In this document: piece after piece, positions 52,642 to 62,896 of the stretch
Position numbering within the stretch: the stretch's first letter is position 1
Layout of the letters: each line of letters begins with the position of its first letter
DNA from: an uncultured Chthonomonadaceae bacterium
GTDB lineage: Bacteria; Armatimonadota; Chthonomonadetes; Chthonomonadales; Chthonomonadaceae
Assembly (NCBI GenBank): GCA_963817895.1
Contig: CAWFQB010000010.1
Coordinates: 32,001-96,000, forward strand
Reading direction: 5' to 3'
Length of the DNA: 64,000 nucleotides
Made by a program: the position numbers and the translations under genes
The notes under the pieces: generated by a model
Seen by the model: only the letters and a program-made list of their open reading frames with translations
Database searches by the model: none
What the model was told of the DNA's origin: nothing

Positions 52642-53475
52642 ATGATAATCTCCTGTATTGAAAGGCGAAACCGGCTCATGCGCGTGCGATCATTTACCCT
52701 GCTGATAATTTTCTCTCTGTTGTGCTGCGGTTTGGCGGCGATGGCGCAGAAAACCGCGCGTTCTTCTCAGACGCTCTCTTCAAGCGCAATGGATGCGCAG
52801 AAAGCGCGCTTCATGGATCGCGTGATTGAACTGACCAATATCGAGCGGGTGAAGGCGGGCGTGGCCCCGTTGAAGCGCGAAGAGAGCCTGACCAAATCCG
52901 CGGGCTGGCTGGCCGAGGATATGGCGACGAACAACTATTTCGATCATAAAGATCGTCAGGGCCGGCATATCGAACCGCGCCTGCCGGACTTCGGTTATAC
53001 GGGCTATGCGATGATCGGCGAGAATATCGCGGGCGGTCAGCAGACGCCGGAGCAGGTGGTTGCCGAATGGATGCGTAGCCCCGGTCATCGCGCCAACCTG
53101 CTGAACCCGGATTTCCGCGAACTGGGCGTGGCGTATGTCCACGCGCCCAACAGCGAATTGCAGGACTACTGGGTACAGGACTTCGGAACCCGCCGCGACA
53201 TCTTCCCGCTGATCATCAACAACGATGTGCCGCAAACCAATTCTCCGACCATTCACCTGTACGCGCATGGCGACAAATGGGCGCAACAGGCCCGCTACAG
53301 CACGGACGGCGCGCATTGGACCGAATGGGAACCGTTTCAGCCAACCCGCACCCTGAAACTGGATGCCATGAACGGCAAGCAGACGGTGTACGAGGAACTG
53401 AGCAACGGCAAAGACACCCGCCGCGCCGCCGCCACCGTGGAACTCACCATCATGCAGCGCGTCGCCTCGAACTAA
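52642..53475 (+). CDS. CAP/SCP domain secreted protein
   Basis: LTNIERVKAG...GENIAGGQ...WMRSPGHRANLL...YWVQDFG. Confidence 0.9.
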   Translation: MIISCIERRNRLMRVRSFTLLIIFSLLCCGLAAMAQKTARSSQTLSSSAMDAQKARFMDRVIELTNIERVKAGVAPLKREESLTKSAGWLAEDMATNNYFDHKDRQGRHIEPRLPDFGYTGYAMIGENIAGGQQTPEQVVAEWMRSPGHRANLLNPDFRELGVAYVHAPNSELQDYWVQDFGTRRDIFPLIINNDVPQTNSPTIHLYAHGDKWAQQARYSTDGAHWTEWEPFQPTRTLKLDAMNGKQTVYEELSNGKDTRRAAATVELTIMQRVASN

Positions 53476-53521
53476 TCTCCTCCGCAGCCGTTTACGCGCC
53501 AATCAGCAATATCAACTTTGT

Positions 53522-53555
53522 ATTCCCTTCCTCGGAACGTTCCGAGGAAGGGAAT
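53522..53555 (+). terminator. perfect 34-bp palindrome / terminator
   Basis: attcccttcctcggaacgttccgaggaagggaat followed by T residues. Confidence 0.7.
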
Positions 53556-53736
53556 TTTAATTTTGGAAGGTTTACGCGCAGCCGCTCACGAGTATTACCA
53601 AACGACAATTTCCAAAAAAGCTTGGGAGAAGGGGAACCTGATGCAGTTGCCAAACCGCAATAGGGGAGAAAGCGGCAAGACAAGGCCCTCATGGTATAAT
53701 ACACATACTTGGACAATCTCGAAAGGACAACTTTTC

Positions 53737-55104
53737 ATGGAAGACATCCTGAAAAATCTCTATAACGACTGCGACCCGCTGAAACCTGCGCAGCCGAAAT
53801 TTTATACCGACCTTTCCACGGTGCGCGGGGGCGAAACGTTCATCAAGACGCTGTGCGAAGAGTTGGAGCGTTCTACGGGGAATGTGTGCGTCTTGTTTAC
53901 CGGGCATAGCGGGTGCGGTAAGTCCTCCTAACTGCAAAAACTAACCCATGAACTGCGGACAGTCCGCGAAAAGCCGTCCCACAACCGCTACTTCCCCGTG
54001 TATATTGACGCGCTGGAATATATTGATGTTTTCGATGCCTCGCTTCAAGAGATACTGCTGTCCATTGTTTCCGAGTTGGCGGCTGCGGTTTTGAAGGAGG
54101 GCATTGAACTGAAAAACACCGTCCTGCAAAGTATGTTCAATGAGATCGCAGGATATGTTACCGGCTCGAAACCCACAAAAATCACCCTGCCTTTCGGGGA
54201 AGCGAAACTTGAAATCGCGCTGAATCGGGCGGACCCCAGTATTCGGGAACAGGTTCGCCAGTATCTTAAGCCGCGCACTTCCAGCTTGGTCACGGAAATC
54301 AATAATGTCCTGATTGATGCGCGGACACAACTGAAGGCGAAAATGCCGAGGGATGGCGGCCCCATTTACCGGGATATTGTGATCGTCGTGGACAATCTGG
54401 AAAAGATACAAACGCTGGCGGGACACGAAATGGGAGAAAATTCGGCCCATGCGCTGTTCATCGAGGGTGCGCCCCAACTCTCCGCGCTCAAAGCGCACGT
54501 TATCTACACGGTACACCTTTCCCTGGCGCGCGCGAACGGACATGAATTACTGATTGCTTACGGCAAGGAACCCGTCGTCCTATCCAATGTGAAGACGGAG
54601 GAGCGTACCAGTCACGCGCCCTGGCAGCCGGGACGCGAGGCTTTGCGCGAACTTCTCGCAAAGCGCGTCCACCCGTTGCGGTTGGAGCAGGTTTTTGATG
54701 AGGATGCCCTTGCGTTCATCCTGACGTACTGCGGCGGACATGCGCGACAGTACCTGAACTTTGCGCGCGAGTCCACGCTGTACACGGACACGACGCCGAT
54801 TTCCCTGCAAGCGGTGCAACGAGCGGTAACGCAGTCGGTTCCCTTCTTCAGCACGGAAATGGATGACAACGACTGGAAATTGCTGGCCGAACTGGAGCAT
54901 AACGGCAAACAACGCTGGAACACGAAAACCCCGGAAAGACGCCTGTTAATGGATAGGCTGTGCGTTCTGGAATATATCAACGGCGACCGCGCGCAGGATA
55001 TGTTCAATAAGGCGATGCCTTGGTACGCCGTACACCCGATTGCGCGCGAACTTGACCCCTTCCGGGAGGCGTTGGACGCTTTGCAGCAGGGAGAAACCTC
55101 ATGA
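53737..55104 (+). pseudogene. P-loop/AAA ATPase with in-frame TAA just after Walker A
   Basis: FTGHSGCGKSS*LQKL, continuing in frame to VVDNLEK and YCGGHARQ. Confidence 0.75.
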
Positions 55105-56309
55105 ACGCAGTTTCCGAAAATAACGCGATCCTGTTCAACAGTAAGCCGCCTGACAACGCCACACGGCGGGCAACACTGGCACGCGAACTCCGTGTCGCGC
55201 AGGGTTTCACGCTGATTTTCGCTTTGTGCAATACGGCTGACGAACGCGCCCGCCAAATTGCCGCGCTGAAAGCGGAACTCCCCGACTTAAACATACAGGA
55301 AATTCCGGTTCGCAAACAGATACCGCATCTGCTGGATGTCCTGCGGGCCACATTGGAGGAGCCACTCCCCGATGCCGTGTTCGTATACGGCATGGAAAAC
55401 TGGCTGCGGGGCGATAGTAACCCACGTTCCAATCCCTTTGTCCTCAATCTGAACGCGGCCCGCAACCATTTCAGCGCAGATTGTCCCTGTCCCCTCGTCT
55501 TCTGGATACCCGAATTCCTGTTTCGGCTCCTTATCGGCGGCGCGCCCGACTTCGTTTCGGTACGCAGCGGCCTTTATGTCTTTACAGCCTCTTTGTCGGA
55601 GACAAGAGAAACTACACAAACGTTACAGACACCCGGCTTGACGGAAGTATCAGGACTGTCACTAAGCGAAAAGCAACAACGCTTGGAAGAGTTGAAGGAA
55701 TTACTAATCCGTGTGCAAAGCCTACCGAAGAAAAGCCGCTATTGGCAAGATGAGGTAGCTGTCTTAGACCAACTAGCCATGGCCTATTATGTGCTGGGAT
55801 ACTACCGTGAAGCCGAACCGCTGTATCAGCAGGCATTGGATATTCGGCGCTATTTCTTTCCAAAAGGGCATCCCATCATTGCTCAAACCCTCAATAATCA
55901 GGCGGTGTTGTACGTATCACAAGGCAAGTACGAGCAAGCCGAACCGCTATATCAGCAAGCATTGGACATTTGGCGTAAGGCAGTTGGGGAACGCCATCCT
56001 GATTATGCCACTTGTCTCAACAGTCTGGCGGCATTGTATCAGCAACAAGGTAGGTATGAGCAAGCCGAACCGCTGTATCAGCAGGCATTGGATATTCGGC
56101 GCAAGTTCTTGTCATCAGGGCATCCTGACTTTGCCATTAGCCTCAACGATCTGGCGGAGTTGTACAAGGCACAAGGTCGCTATGAGGAGGCCGAATCGCT
56201 TTACGACGAGGCGTTGAAGATATTAGAACAAGCATTGGAACCGGAACACCCAAATACCGTAATTGTGCGTGAAAACTTGAAAAGATTTCGTCAGCAACGA
56301 CTAAAATAA
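55101..56309 (+). CDS. TPR protein coupled to the ATPase
   Basis: ATGA overlap; LVFWIP...APDF N-domain; 42-aa repeats AEPLYQQALDI. Confidence 0.88.
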   Translation: MNAVSENNAILFNSKPPDNATRRATLARELRVAQGFTLIFALCNTADERARQIAALKAELPDLNIQEIPVRKQIPHLLDVLRATLEEPLPDAVFVYGMENWLRGDSNPRSNPFVLNLNAARNHFSADCPCPLVFWIPEFLFRLLIGGAPDFVSVRSGLYVFTASLSETRETTQTLQTPGLTEVSGLSLSEKQQRLEELKELLIRVQSLPKKSRYWQDEVAVLDQLAMAYYVLGYYREAEPLYQQALDIRRYFFPKGHPIIAQTLNNQAVLYVSQGKYEQAEPLYQQALDIWRKAVGERHPDYATCLNSLAALYQQQGRYEQAEPLYQQALDIRRKFLSSGHPDFAISLNDLAELYKAQGRYEEAESLYDEALKILEQALEPEHPNTVIVRENLKRFRQQRLK

Positions 56310-56334
56310 CGGCCTGTGCCGACAGCGTGACAGG

Positions 56335-56419
56335 ACAAGCTGACGGGCATAAGCGGAGGCACGAACAAGACGTATGGCTACAACAGCAACGGCAACTGCG
56401 CGTCCGTTACCGCTGGCAG
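56335..56419 (+). repeat. Rhs/YD-repeat core fragment, copy 1
   Basis: Translates DKLTGISGGTNKTYGYNSNGNCASVTAG; 78/85 identical to 61536-61620. Confidence 0.8.
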
Positions 56420-56449
56420 TTCTATTGCCGCGTTCGCATCGTGGATTTA

Positions 56450-57214
56450 TTAGACGGAGATCGGTTCGTTAGGGAGGGCAAGGCGCATGGACGAGGCGGC
56501 AAGCTGCTGCTGCCAGTCCGCCTGTTCCCGCTTTTCGCGGATGTCATCATCGTAATGCACCAGGTACGCGCGTTCGCGGAAATGGGCGGGGTATTCACAT
56601 AGCTGCTCGAAATGCGCGTGGACGGTGCTGGCGAACGGGGGCTTGAAACTGCAATCGTGGAACACGCAGGCCGTGTCCTCGAAGAACCAGGGGTCTTCAT
56701 TGGCGTCGGCAAGGCTGTCGCAGGTAAATCCAACTGCCGAATTCCCCTCCGCTATCTTAATGCCATACGAGCGGGCATGGGGAACGTGGCGCACGGGATG
56801 AATCTCCAGCGTCAACCCCTCCCACGTATGTGGCTGCCCGACATGCAGCGGGATCACCTCGAAATAGTCATCCAACTTGCAGGCGCAATCGCATACCTGC
56901 GCCATCGTGCCGGACAGCACATTGCGCCACAGCAGGCCGGGCAGGGTATCGGCAATGAACAGGGGCGGGCGGATTTTCCATTGCAGCATGTTCCGAAAGC
57001 CCCACTCTTCCAGTCCGTAGATGTGGTCGCCGTGCAGATGGCTGATGAAAACCGCGTCCATGTCACGCAGGGAAAGCCCCATCGCCTGCAATCGCGCCGG
57101 AACCGTATGCCCGCAGTCAATCAGCAGGCGCTTGCCCCCGCTCTCCACCACTGCCGACGAATTGCCCCAGTGCGCAGACCAAGCCGACCCCGTTCCATTC
57201 CAGGTTATCTTCAT
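56450..57214 (-). CDS. MBL-fold hydrolase (RNase Z-like)
   Basis: GTGSA...LLIDCG...ISHLHGDH. Confidence 0.88.
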   Translation of the reverse strand: MKITWNGTGSAWSAHWGNSSAVVESGGKRLLIDCGHTVPARLQAMGLSLRDMDAVFISHLHGDHIYGLEEWGFRNMLQWKIRPPLFIADTLPGLLWRNVLSGTMAQVCDCACKLDDYFEVIPLHVGQPHTWEGLTLEIHPVRHVPHARSYGIKIAEGNSAVGFTCDSLADANEDPWFFEDTACVFHDCSFKPPFASTVHAHFEQLCEYPAHFRERAYLVHYDDDIREKREQADWQQQLAASSMRLALPNEPISV

Positions 57215-57340
57215 GGCGGTTACTCCCTCGCGAAAAATGTAGTGAATGATAAACGGCGCAGGCGTCTTTTACCGGTACATACCATTGTACACGAGAAGAC
57301 GGCTGCGCCGATTGGTTTCCGCGATTCTGCGAACTAAAAT

Positions 57341-58015
57341 TTAGTTGTCCGCGCCTACCGCATCGGCGCGTTCGCGCTTAGTCGTCAGCGAATGAACCAG
57401 TTCCGCCGCCTGACTTGTGGGCGTAGCGGATACAGACGGCGCGGGTGGCGTTGTCGTTGTGGGCGGCGCGCTCGCGTTTTTGTTCAGGCTGGCCGCGCTG
57501 CGGAACGTGCCGAGGCACTTGTCGGCAAGCGGGAAGAACACGTTCAGGTTTTGCAGCATGTACTTGTGGTGGATGCGGTGATGCTCCTTCACAAAGCGGT
57601 ACACGCCCACTTTTTCAAACCAGCGTCCGGCGGGAACGTGCATGCAGTAGTGGAAATACTCGTAAACGGTGTAGTAAGCCACGACGGAGGCAACCCCGCC
57701 CCACATACTGGGAATGTGCGTGACGCGCTCGATGAGCCAGAAAAAGGGCAGATGAAAGCCGACAAACAGCGGAAGGGCGAACCAGTCCATGGCGATGTGG
57801 TCTTTTTCCTGACCCTCCTGCCACTCGTAGGAGGAGTGTTCAAACTTGTAGCGCTGATGGTGAACAATGGTATGCGCGTTGAAAGTCTGCTTGATGAACT
57901 TCGGCGAATGGAACAGATGCTTGTGGAACGCCCACTCGAAAAAACTCTCATACAGGAAGTAAAAGACAAACGCGGCCGCCTCGCAGCCGATCACAGTCCA
58001 TGTCATGTCGAACAA
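57341..58015 (-). CDS. fatty acid hydroxylase / sterol desaturase family protein
   Basis: His boxes HKHLFH, HTIVHH, HYCMH and HHRIHH. Confidence 0.85.
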   Translation of the reverse strand: MFDMTWTVIGCEAAAFVFYFLYESFFEWAFHKHLFHSPKFIKQTFNAHTIVHHQRYKFEHSSYEWQEGQEKDHIAMDWFALPLFVGFHLPFFWLIERVTHIPSMWGGVASVVAYYTVYEYFHYCMHVPAGRWFEKVGVYRFVKEHHRIHHKYMLQNLNVFFPLADKCLGTFRSAASLNKNASAPPTTTTPPAPSVSATPTSQAAELVHSLTTKRERADAVGADN

Positions 58016-58187
58016 ATTCCCTTCTCGTATCCGCTATTCGGACGCGACCCTATAACAATGTACAGGCCCGCAATGAGCCTGAAGTCGCGCTCTACACTAC
58101 GAGTCCGCGTGTCGCGTGGTTTCTAAATTTCGCAATGCCTGCGAATAGCTTTCGATTACGAACCTGCCGCGCCAATCGCCGGGTATG

Positions 58188-58309
58188 AAAAACGGCCTGA
58201 ACACATGCGTGTCGCGGGCCGTTCCGTGGAAAACTTACCGGAGACAACCAGAACGCTTGACCCTATCGCGCCGCTCAGGTAAAAATGCCTGTAGGCGCAA
58301 GGGCAGGAT
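58188..58309 (-). ncRNA. candidate ~120-nt small RNA or terminated leader
   Basis: Bounded by a near-consensus promoter and an intrinsic terminator, with a long 5' hairpin. Confidence 0.5.
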
Positions 58310-58344
58310 TAAGCCATTGTACCTGCTTAATCCCTTAGTGTCAA
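58306..58344 (-). promoter_or_regulatory. sigma70 promoter with operator-like inverted repeat
   Basis: TTGACA-N17-TACAAT; GGATTAAGC-N10-GCTTAATCC straddles the -10. Confidence 0.75.
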
Positions 58345-58352
58345 GCCAGAAA

Positions 58353-58447
58353 TTAGGTTGTTAGTTGTTAGTTGCTGGGTTGTTAGGTTTCAGCTGGCGC
58401 ATCCACAACCTGAAAACCTAACAACTAACAACCTAACAACTAACAAC
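58353..58447. repeat. heptamer tandem-repeat hairpin (TTGTTAG)
   Basis: ttaggttgttagttgttag...ctaacaactaacaacctaacaac. Confidence 0.85.
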
Positions 58448-58448
58448 T

Positions 58449-58748
58449 CTATCTCTGCCGGAAGACGAAGAAATAAAGCAGCAGGGCAATCAGCAGCAGG
58501 ATCAGCGTAAGGATGACCGGCGTGGCGGAATTGGCGCGGCGCGTGGCAAGGCGTTCCTCCTTGCGCTGCGCGACGCGCTCTTCCAGCGTTGGCTGCGCTT
58601 TCATCTTTTGACCGCCCGCTTCTGTCTCGAATACCGCTGTCGTCACGGCAACGGAAGCGGAAAGCGGCTTATGGCACTGCCAGCAACTGTCTTTTTCCGT
58701 AACATCCTGATTGATGGCCCCGCAATGAGGGCATTTGATCTTGTCCAT
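58449..58748 (-). CDS. zinc-ribbon membrane protein
   Basis: MDKIKCPHCG...CWQC and a C-terminal TM. Confidence 0.7.
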   Translation of the reverse strand: MDKIKCPHCGAINQDVTEKDSCWQCHKPLSASVAVTTAVFETEAGGQKMKAQPTLEERVAQRKEERLATRRANSATPVILTLILLLIALLLYFFVFRQR

Positions 58749-59024
58749 CCCGTTTCTTTCTGGCTTCCCGGCCCGACGCGGATGTTCGCGTTTCCACCGG
58801 CGGCAACGTGAGCGTCGGGGAGAAGCGGAAAAAATTTGTGTAATTAAAGAGGGTTTTGCGCGAAGATAGCAGGCATATTCGGGCAAACTTGCGGTACAAT
58901 TCCCTACAGACATCGGCGCAGAAACATTATACTCTTACTTTTCTCACTTGCAGCCTCTTTTGTTCGCGCGCCGACTGCAAACGCTATTTTAGCCCGTACC
59001 GCCATTGATGGAGTTCCCCACACT

Positions 59025-59840
59025 ATGCTTGAATTAGCGCTGGCGCTGCCGCCTTTGCTTGCCTGCCTGCCCCCGCAAGCCTCTTCCTCTTCCCTGCGCC
59101 TGCTGAAGCGCGCGCAAAAACATATTGCCCACAGGCATTATGAGGAGGCCGTGACAGATTTGCGCCGCGCCATTGCTTCGGGGGCGGACGCTTACGCCTG
59201 TACGCTGCACATCGCCGATCTGGAATCCCGCCGTCAAAACTGGATGCGCGCGCTATGCGCGGCGGAACAGGCTGTTGCCCTCGCGCCCGAACGCCTGACC
59301 GCGTATGAAGTTCTGATGACCATTGCGCTGAATGCCGGCGATTTTGAGCGCGCGATTGCGGCCTGCCAAACCCTGCTGAAACGCGCCCCCCGCCACCTGA
59401 CCGCGCACGAAACGCTGGGCATGATTTACATGCAGGCGGGCGATGTGGATGCCGCCCTGCGCGTTCTGAACGCCCTGCTGCGCTTCACGCCCGACAATCC
59501 CGCGTGTCACTTCCGCAAGGGGTTGCTGTGCCAGCACAAGGGCGAAATCGGCGCGGCCATTGAAGCGTTTTGCGCCACGCTGTATCTCGACCCGGACGGC
59601 CCATTCGCGGAAGAGGCGCGAGAAGCCATAGAAGCCCTGGACGCCTTTCAGCTTAACCAGATTTTGACGCTCGGCATGGATGACATGGTATTTCGCGCGC
59701 AATTGCGGCGCGGCGCGGGCGCGGCGGCTTCGGCGCGCGGCTTCGTCTTGAGCGAACAGGGCAAGCATATCCTCTCGGACCTGTGCGTCCACCTGCTGCC
59801 CGACGCCCTGGAACACTGCCGTTCGTTGCGAGTGAATTAG
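59025..59840 (+). CDS. TPR protein
   Basis: Tandem TPR motifs (AHETLGMIYMQAGDVDAAL...). Confidence 0.8.
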   Translation: MLELALALPPLLACLPPQASSSSLRLLKRAQKHIAHRHYEEAVTDLRRAIASGADAYACTLHIADLESRRQNWMRALCAAEQAVALAPERLTAYEVLMTIALNAGDFERAIAACQTLLKRAPRHLTAHETLGMIYMQAGDVDAALRVLNALLRFTPDNPACHFRKGLLCQHKGEIGAAIEAFCATLYLDPDGPFAEEAREAIEALDAFQLNQILTLGMDDMVFRAQLRRGAGAAASARGFVLSEQGKHILSDLCVHLLPDALEHCRSLRVN

Positions 59841-59841
59841 G

Positions 59842-60705
59842 TTGGAAGCTCTGCTGAATATTGCCCGTCAGGGACAGCGTACCCTTATCATGGGCATTCT
59901 CAATGTCACGCCCGATAGTTTTTCCGATGGCGGGCTGTACTCCGACGTGGAAACGGCGGTTGCCCGCGCCCGACAGATGGTGGAGGAGGGCGCGGATATT
60001 CTCGACATTGGCGGCGAATCCACGCGCCCCGCCACGTTTGCCAGCCACAAGCCCCTGTCCGTTGACGAAGAACTGCGCCGTATCCTGCCCGTTGTGGAAG
60101 CTCTTTCCGCCTGCCTCCCCGATGTTCCCCTTTCCGTTGACACCTACAAGGCCGTTGTCGCGCAACGCGCAATGGAAGCCGGGGCCGCAATGATTAACGA
60201 CATCAGCGCCCTTCGCGCCGATCCCGACATGGCCGCAACCCTTGCCGAACTAGACGTTCCCGTCTGCCTGATGCACCTGCCCGGACTGCCGACCGCTCTT
60301 TCTCCCAGCCCTGATTATGGCGACGTGGTACAGGACGTGGCCGAACATTTGCGCGAACGGGCGGAAGCCGCGATTCGGGCGGGCATTGCGCCCCGCAATA
60401 TTGTGCTTGATCCGGGCATCGGGTTCGGGAAAACCGTTGGGCAAAATCTGGAACTGCTGCGGCGTTTGCGCGAACTGACCACGCTCGGCTATCCCCTGTT
60501 GCTCGGCACATCGCGCAAATCCACGATTGGCAAAGTGCTGGGCGGCCTGCCTCCCGAAGAGCGTTTGGAGGGTACGGCGGCAACCGTCGCCCTGTGCATC
60601 GCCAATGGCGCGGCGATTGTGCGCGTCCACGATGTGAAAGCCATGACTCGCGTGGCTCGCATGAGCGACGCTATTGTTCGGGGGTGGCCTCCGCCAGCAA
60701 TTTGA
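59842..60705 (+). CDS. folP: dihydropteroate synthase
   Basis: MGILNVTPDSFSDGG, IGGESTRP, DPGIGFGK, SRKS and VRVHDV. Confidence 0.97.
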   Translation: MEALLNIARQGQRTLIMGILNVTPDSFSDGGLYSDVETAVARARQMVEEGADILDIGGESTRPATFASHKPLSVDEELRRILPVVEALSACLPDVPLSVDTYKAVVAQRAMEAGAAMINDISALRADPDMAATLAELDVPVCLMHLPGLPTALSPSPDYGDVVQDVAEHLRERAEAAIRAGIAPRNIVLDPGIGFGKTVGQNLELLRRLRELTTLGYPLLLGTSRKSTIGKVLGGLPPEERLEGTAATVALCIANGAAIVRVHDVKAMTRVARMSDAIVRGWPPPAI

Positions 60706-60723
60706 TGTGCCGCATCACGCGCA
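60690..60723. repeat. direct repeat, left copy (pairs with 61657-61690)
   Basis: 31/34 identity with a 22-bp perfect core ttgatgtgccgcatcacgcgca. Confidence 0.85.
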
Positions 60724-60807
60724 CTTGTATGAAGTGAACTTTACAAGCCGAGTTGCAAAGACATTCTTTAAGGATAGAAGATTTCTCACGAAAGAACGGT
60801 GACACCC

Positions 60808-61528
60808 ATGCGGGCGCAACAGCGAACCTCCGGTTTTTCCCTGACGGAACTGATTGTCGTTCTTGGCATCTGTGCCCTTCTTGCCGCTGTGTTGTTTCCT
60901 GTCTTCAACTCTGCGGCGCAAGGCGCAGGAAAGCGCCTGCGTGACCAACTTACAACAACTCAGCCATGCGTTCTCGCTGTACATGATGGATAATGATGGC
61001 GCGTACCCGCCGCTTGTCGCGGCACCTTTCTCCAATGGAAGAACCTCCAACGGCGTTTCTGATTGGCGCGATGCTCTCCAACCCTATCTTGGCGCGCAAT
61101 CCTTCCCGGCTTGTCCCTTCACCGAGTCGTTGCCGGTAAGTACCCCGCCGCATGATAATCGCGTTTGTGGGTATGCCTGTAACGCCTACTTGAGCGCAAC
61201 GATAGGAACCTCCCACAACCATCAGATGCTTGGGCTTCAAGGAACGACGCTCTCCCCTCCCTCGCTCACGGTAGTTGTCTGTGATTCGCGCGCGGAGCTA
61301 CTGGGACTAAGAAAGCCGGATAATGGGCGCGCTCCTGGGGATGTGGGAAAATACAGCGTCTTCAATCTTGGGTTGCTCGACCTTATTGCGTCTCAGGTTC
61401 CCGCCGCCATAAGGCATCATGGTGGGGCTAACTATGCGTTTGCCAATGGACATGTCAAGTGGCTCAAGCCAGAACAACTCGGTACTGACAAGAAGAGCGA
61501 TGGTATCAATCCCGGTTTCGGTTTATGA
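60808..61528 (+). CDS. DUF1559 prepilin-type protein, frameshifted near 60910
   Basis: GFSLTELIVVLGICALLAAVLFPVF, ACVTNLQQL and RHHGGANYAFANGHVKW. Confidence 0.85.
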
Positions 61529-61535
61529 CCGCGCA

Positions 61536-61620
61536 ACAAGCTGACGGGCATAACGGGAGGCACGAACAAGACCTATGGCTACGACAGCAACGGCAACTGC
61601 ACATCCGTTACCGTTGGCAG
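61536..61620 (+). repeat. Rhs/YD-repeat core fragment, copy 2
   Basis: Translates NKLTGITGGTNKTYGYDSNGNCTSVTVG. Confidence 0.8.
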
Positions 61621-61646
61621 CAGCGTCACCAGCCACCAACTATCCG

Positions 61647-62822
61647 TCACCTGTCTTCCGCCAGCCGCTTGATGTGCCGCATCACGCGCAGATGGACGTT
61701 GCGAATGATGTCCTGCGTCCACCAGTCGTAATAGCAGATGGGGTACACGTTCAGTTTGTACCACGTCGTACCCACCAGCGTTGTCGTGCCATTGCCGTTG
61801 TCTTCCAGCGTAAACTGCCCCTTTTGCAATTCAAAATGCCCGATCACTTCGGGATGGTTGGGCTGCGTGGTCACGTCAAACGCCAGTTCCCGCCCCGGCT
61901 TAACAACGGTCAGTTTCTCCTCGAAAGCGATATTGCCCGTAAACAGACATTTCCGGTTCGCGCCCACCTGATGGCCGTTCGCCGTAGACTGTATGGGCGC
62001 GGGCAGGCCGACACGCCACAGCCAGTAATCCGGCGGCGCGGTGTTGGCGGGATACGCGATGATGTATTGCCACACGCGGGCAGGCGGCGCGTTGATGACG
62101 ATCCGGTCGGTCTCCTCATTGGCGAAATGGTGCGGCGACAGCGGAATCCAGAATGAACAGGGTCAGCATAAGCGGGCGCGAGCGTGGCGTTCAATTGCTT
62201 GTGGTTGGCCGCGAAGATTTTGCGCCCGATGAAACTGCCGAGCAAAACGAAAACCAGCAGCAGGGGCGACGCCATCAGCAGGCAAATGGCCCCCTCGCTG
62301 TAAAAACACGTAACTGAGCAGCAGGGCGAGGCTGACATTTATCAGGCCGTACAGCAGATATACCGCAGTGCTGAGTTTCGCCTCCTGCCAGAAGTACGCG
62401 CACACGCCGCCCATCGCGAGGGGCAGCAGCACAAACTCTCCCATCGTAAAAACGCCGCCCGCGTTCTGATCGAGCGAGAACAGCCAGCGCGTGAGCAGCA
62501 TCACGACCAGCGCCATGCCGTTGGAGGCCAAAATCCCGGTCAGCGCGGCGCGGTGTGGGTTGGTGTGCAGAACCCGCCATTTGCGCCCCTGACGCTTCTC
62601 CTTCAGCCGTGTTTTTACCTGTGTCTGCCCTGTTACGGACGGCTCGATTCCAGTTGCAAATTGTGAAGCATTGGTTTGCGCGTCCGCCTCAGTTCGCGTT
62701 TCGCCGTCCCCGGTTCCATCCGCGTGAAGCGAAAAATCCATCGGCAGCGGAGTCGGCTGGATTGGATTGGATTGTAAAGAGTTCTGCTGTGGCTCTTCCT
62801 GTTCTTCGTGCTGCTGTCGCAT
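61647..62822 (-). CDS. membrane protein with C-terminal SRPBCC-like domain, frameshifted
   Basis: TM N-terminus, EGAICLLMASPL, then VIN(APPARV)WQYI...IHLRVMRHIK-like C-terminus across three ORFs. Confidence 0.7.
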
Positions 62823-62896
62823 ATCGTTTTATGCCGCCTTGTTTTGTGTTCCCTGCCCCGCCCGTCACCCCGCCCGCAAATTTGGTACAATAGACT

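Noticed and set aside
55800..56200. Near-identical TPR nucleotide repeats as a diversity-generating retroelement template/variable pair
   Set aside because: No reverse transcriptase is present in the window, and the repeats are explained by the protein's own tandem motif.
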